Positions 63,717-64,000 of a DNA stretch of 64,000 bases are shown here, piece after piece (positions within the stretch are counted from its first letter, which is position 1; each line of letters starts with the position of its first letter). Under the pieces are notes generated by a model. The model made no database searches. It saw only the letters and a list, made by a program, of their open reading frames with translations, and had not been told where the DNA came from. A program made the translations under genes and the position numbers. This DNA comes from Lingula anatina (taxonomy: Eukaryota; Animalia; Brachiopoda), in NCBI GenBank assembly GCA_051362555.1, contig CM120644.1, positions 10,500,567 through 10,564,566 of the forward strand, in the 5' to 3' direction.

Positions 63717-64000
63717 GCGCGCGAAGTCACGGTCACCTTTAACTGCTATAGCTATAGCTGTCTCTATCTATAAGAGGGTACCGTGAACTGTCAACATAGT
63801 TGATTCACACCATTATCTTTACAGCGGGACTTATTCATCCTTGTGTTAGCTGACCTTGCGAGGAAGTTAATTGGAATATATTTCTGAAAAAACAAGTTAG
63901 GAAAATTCACTAGTTTACTAAAGACACGAAACAACTATCAGTTTTACTTTAAAACATTTCTTTCATATTTTGATAAAATGCGTTAAGGTATTGATGTTCA

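Overview
AT-rich, repeat-laden animal genomic DNA, most likely lophotrochozoan/molluscan (inferred from the receptor, gene families and TEs). Most short ORFs in the track are spurious; the real genes emerge once splice sites are read. All host genes are on the + strand. (1) An intronless 5-HT1-type serotonin GPCR (13050-14462). (2) A spliced, signal-peptide-bearing homologue of bacterial VioB-type indolepyruvate-imine dimer synthases with a C-terminal ferritin-like domain (18149-23061); a frameshift cuts off its last ~45 aa. (3) A gene absent from the ORF track: TATA/Inr promoter, signal-peptide exon, a run of 9-39 nt mostly frame-symmetric micro-exons and a last exon encoding a six-cysteine CS-alpha-beta defensin (25655-27989). 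(4) Three tandem paralogues of a somatomedin-B-like, Cys-rich, probably GPI-anchored surface protein (34421-45698, 54645-59919, 60726-window end). Mobile DNA includes three decayed Tc1 copies, a Tc1 foldback palindrome inside (TA)n, a TTAA-flanked Kolobok-like element nested in a Tc1, Harbinger/hAT/EnSpm-type MITEs and a LINE 3' fragment. Family assignments come from remembered motifs; no database search was run.
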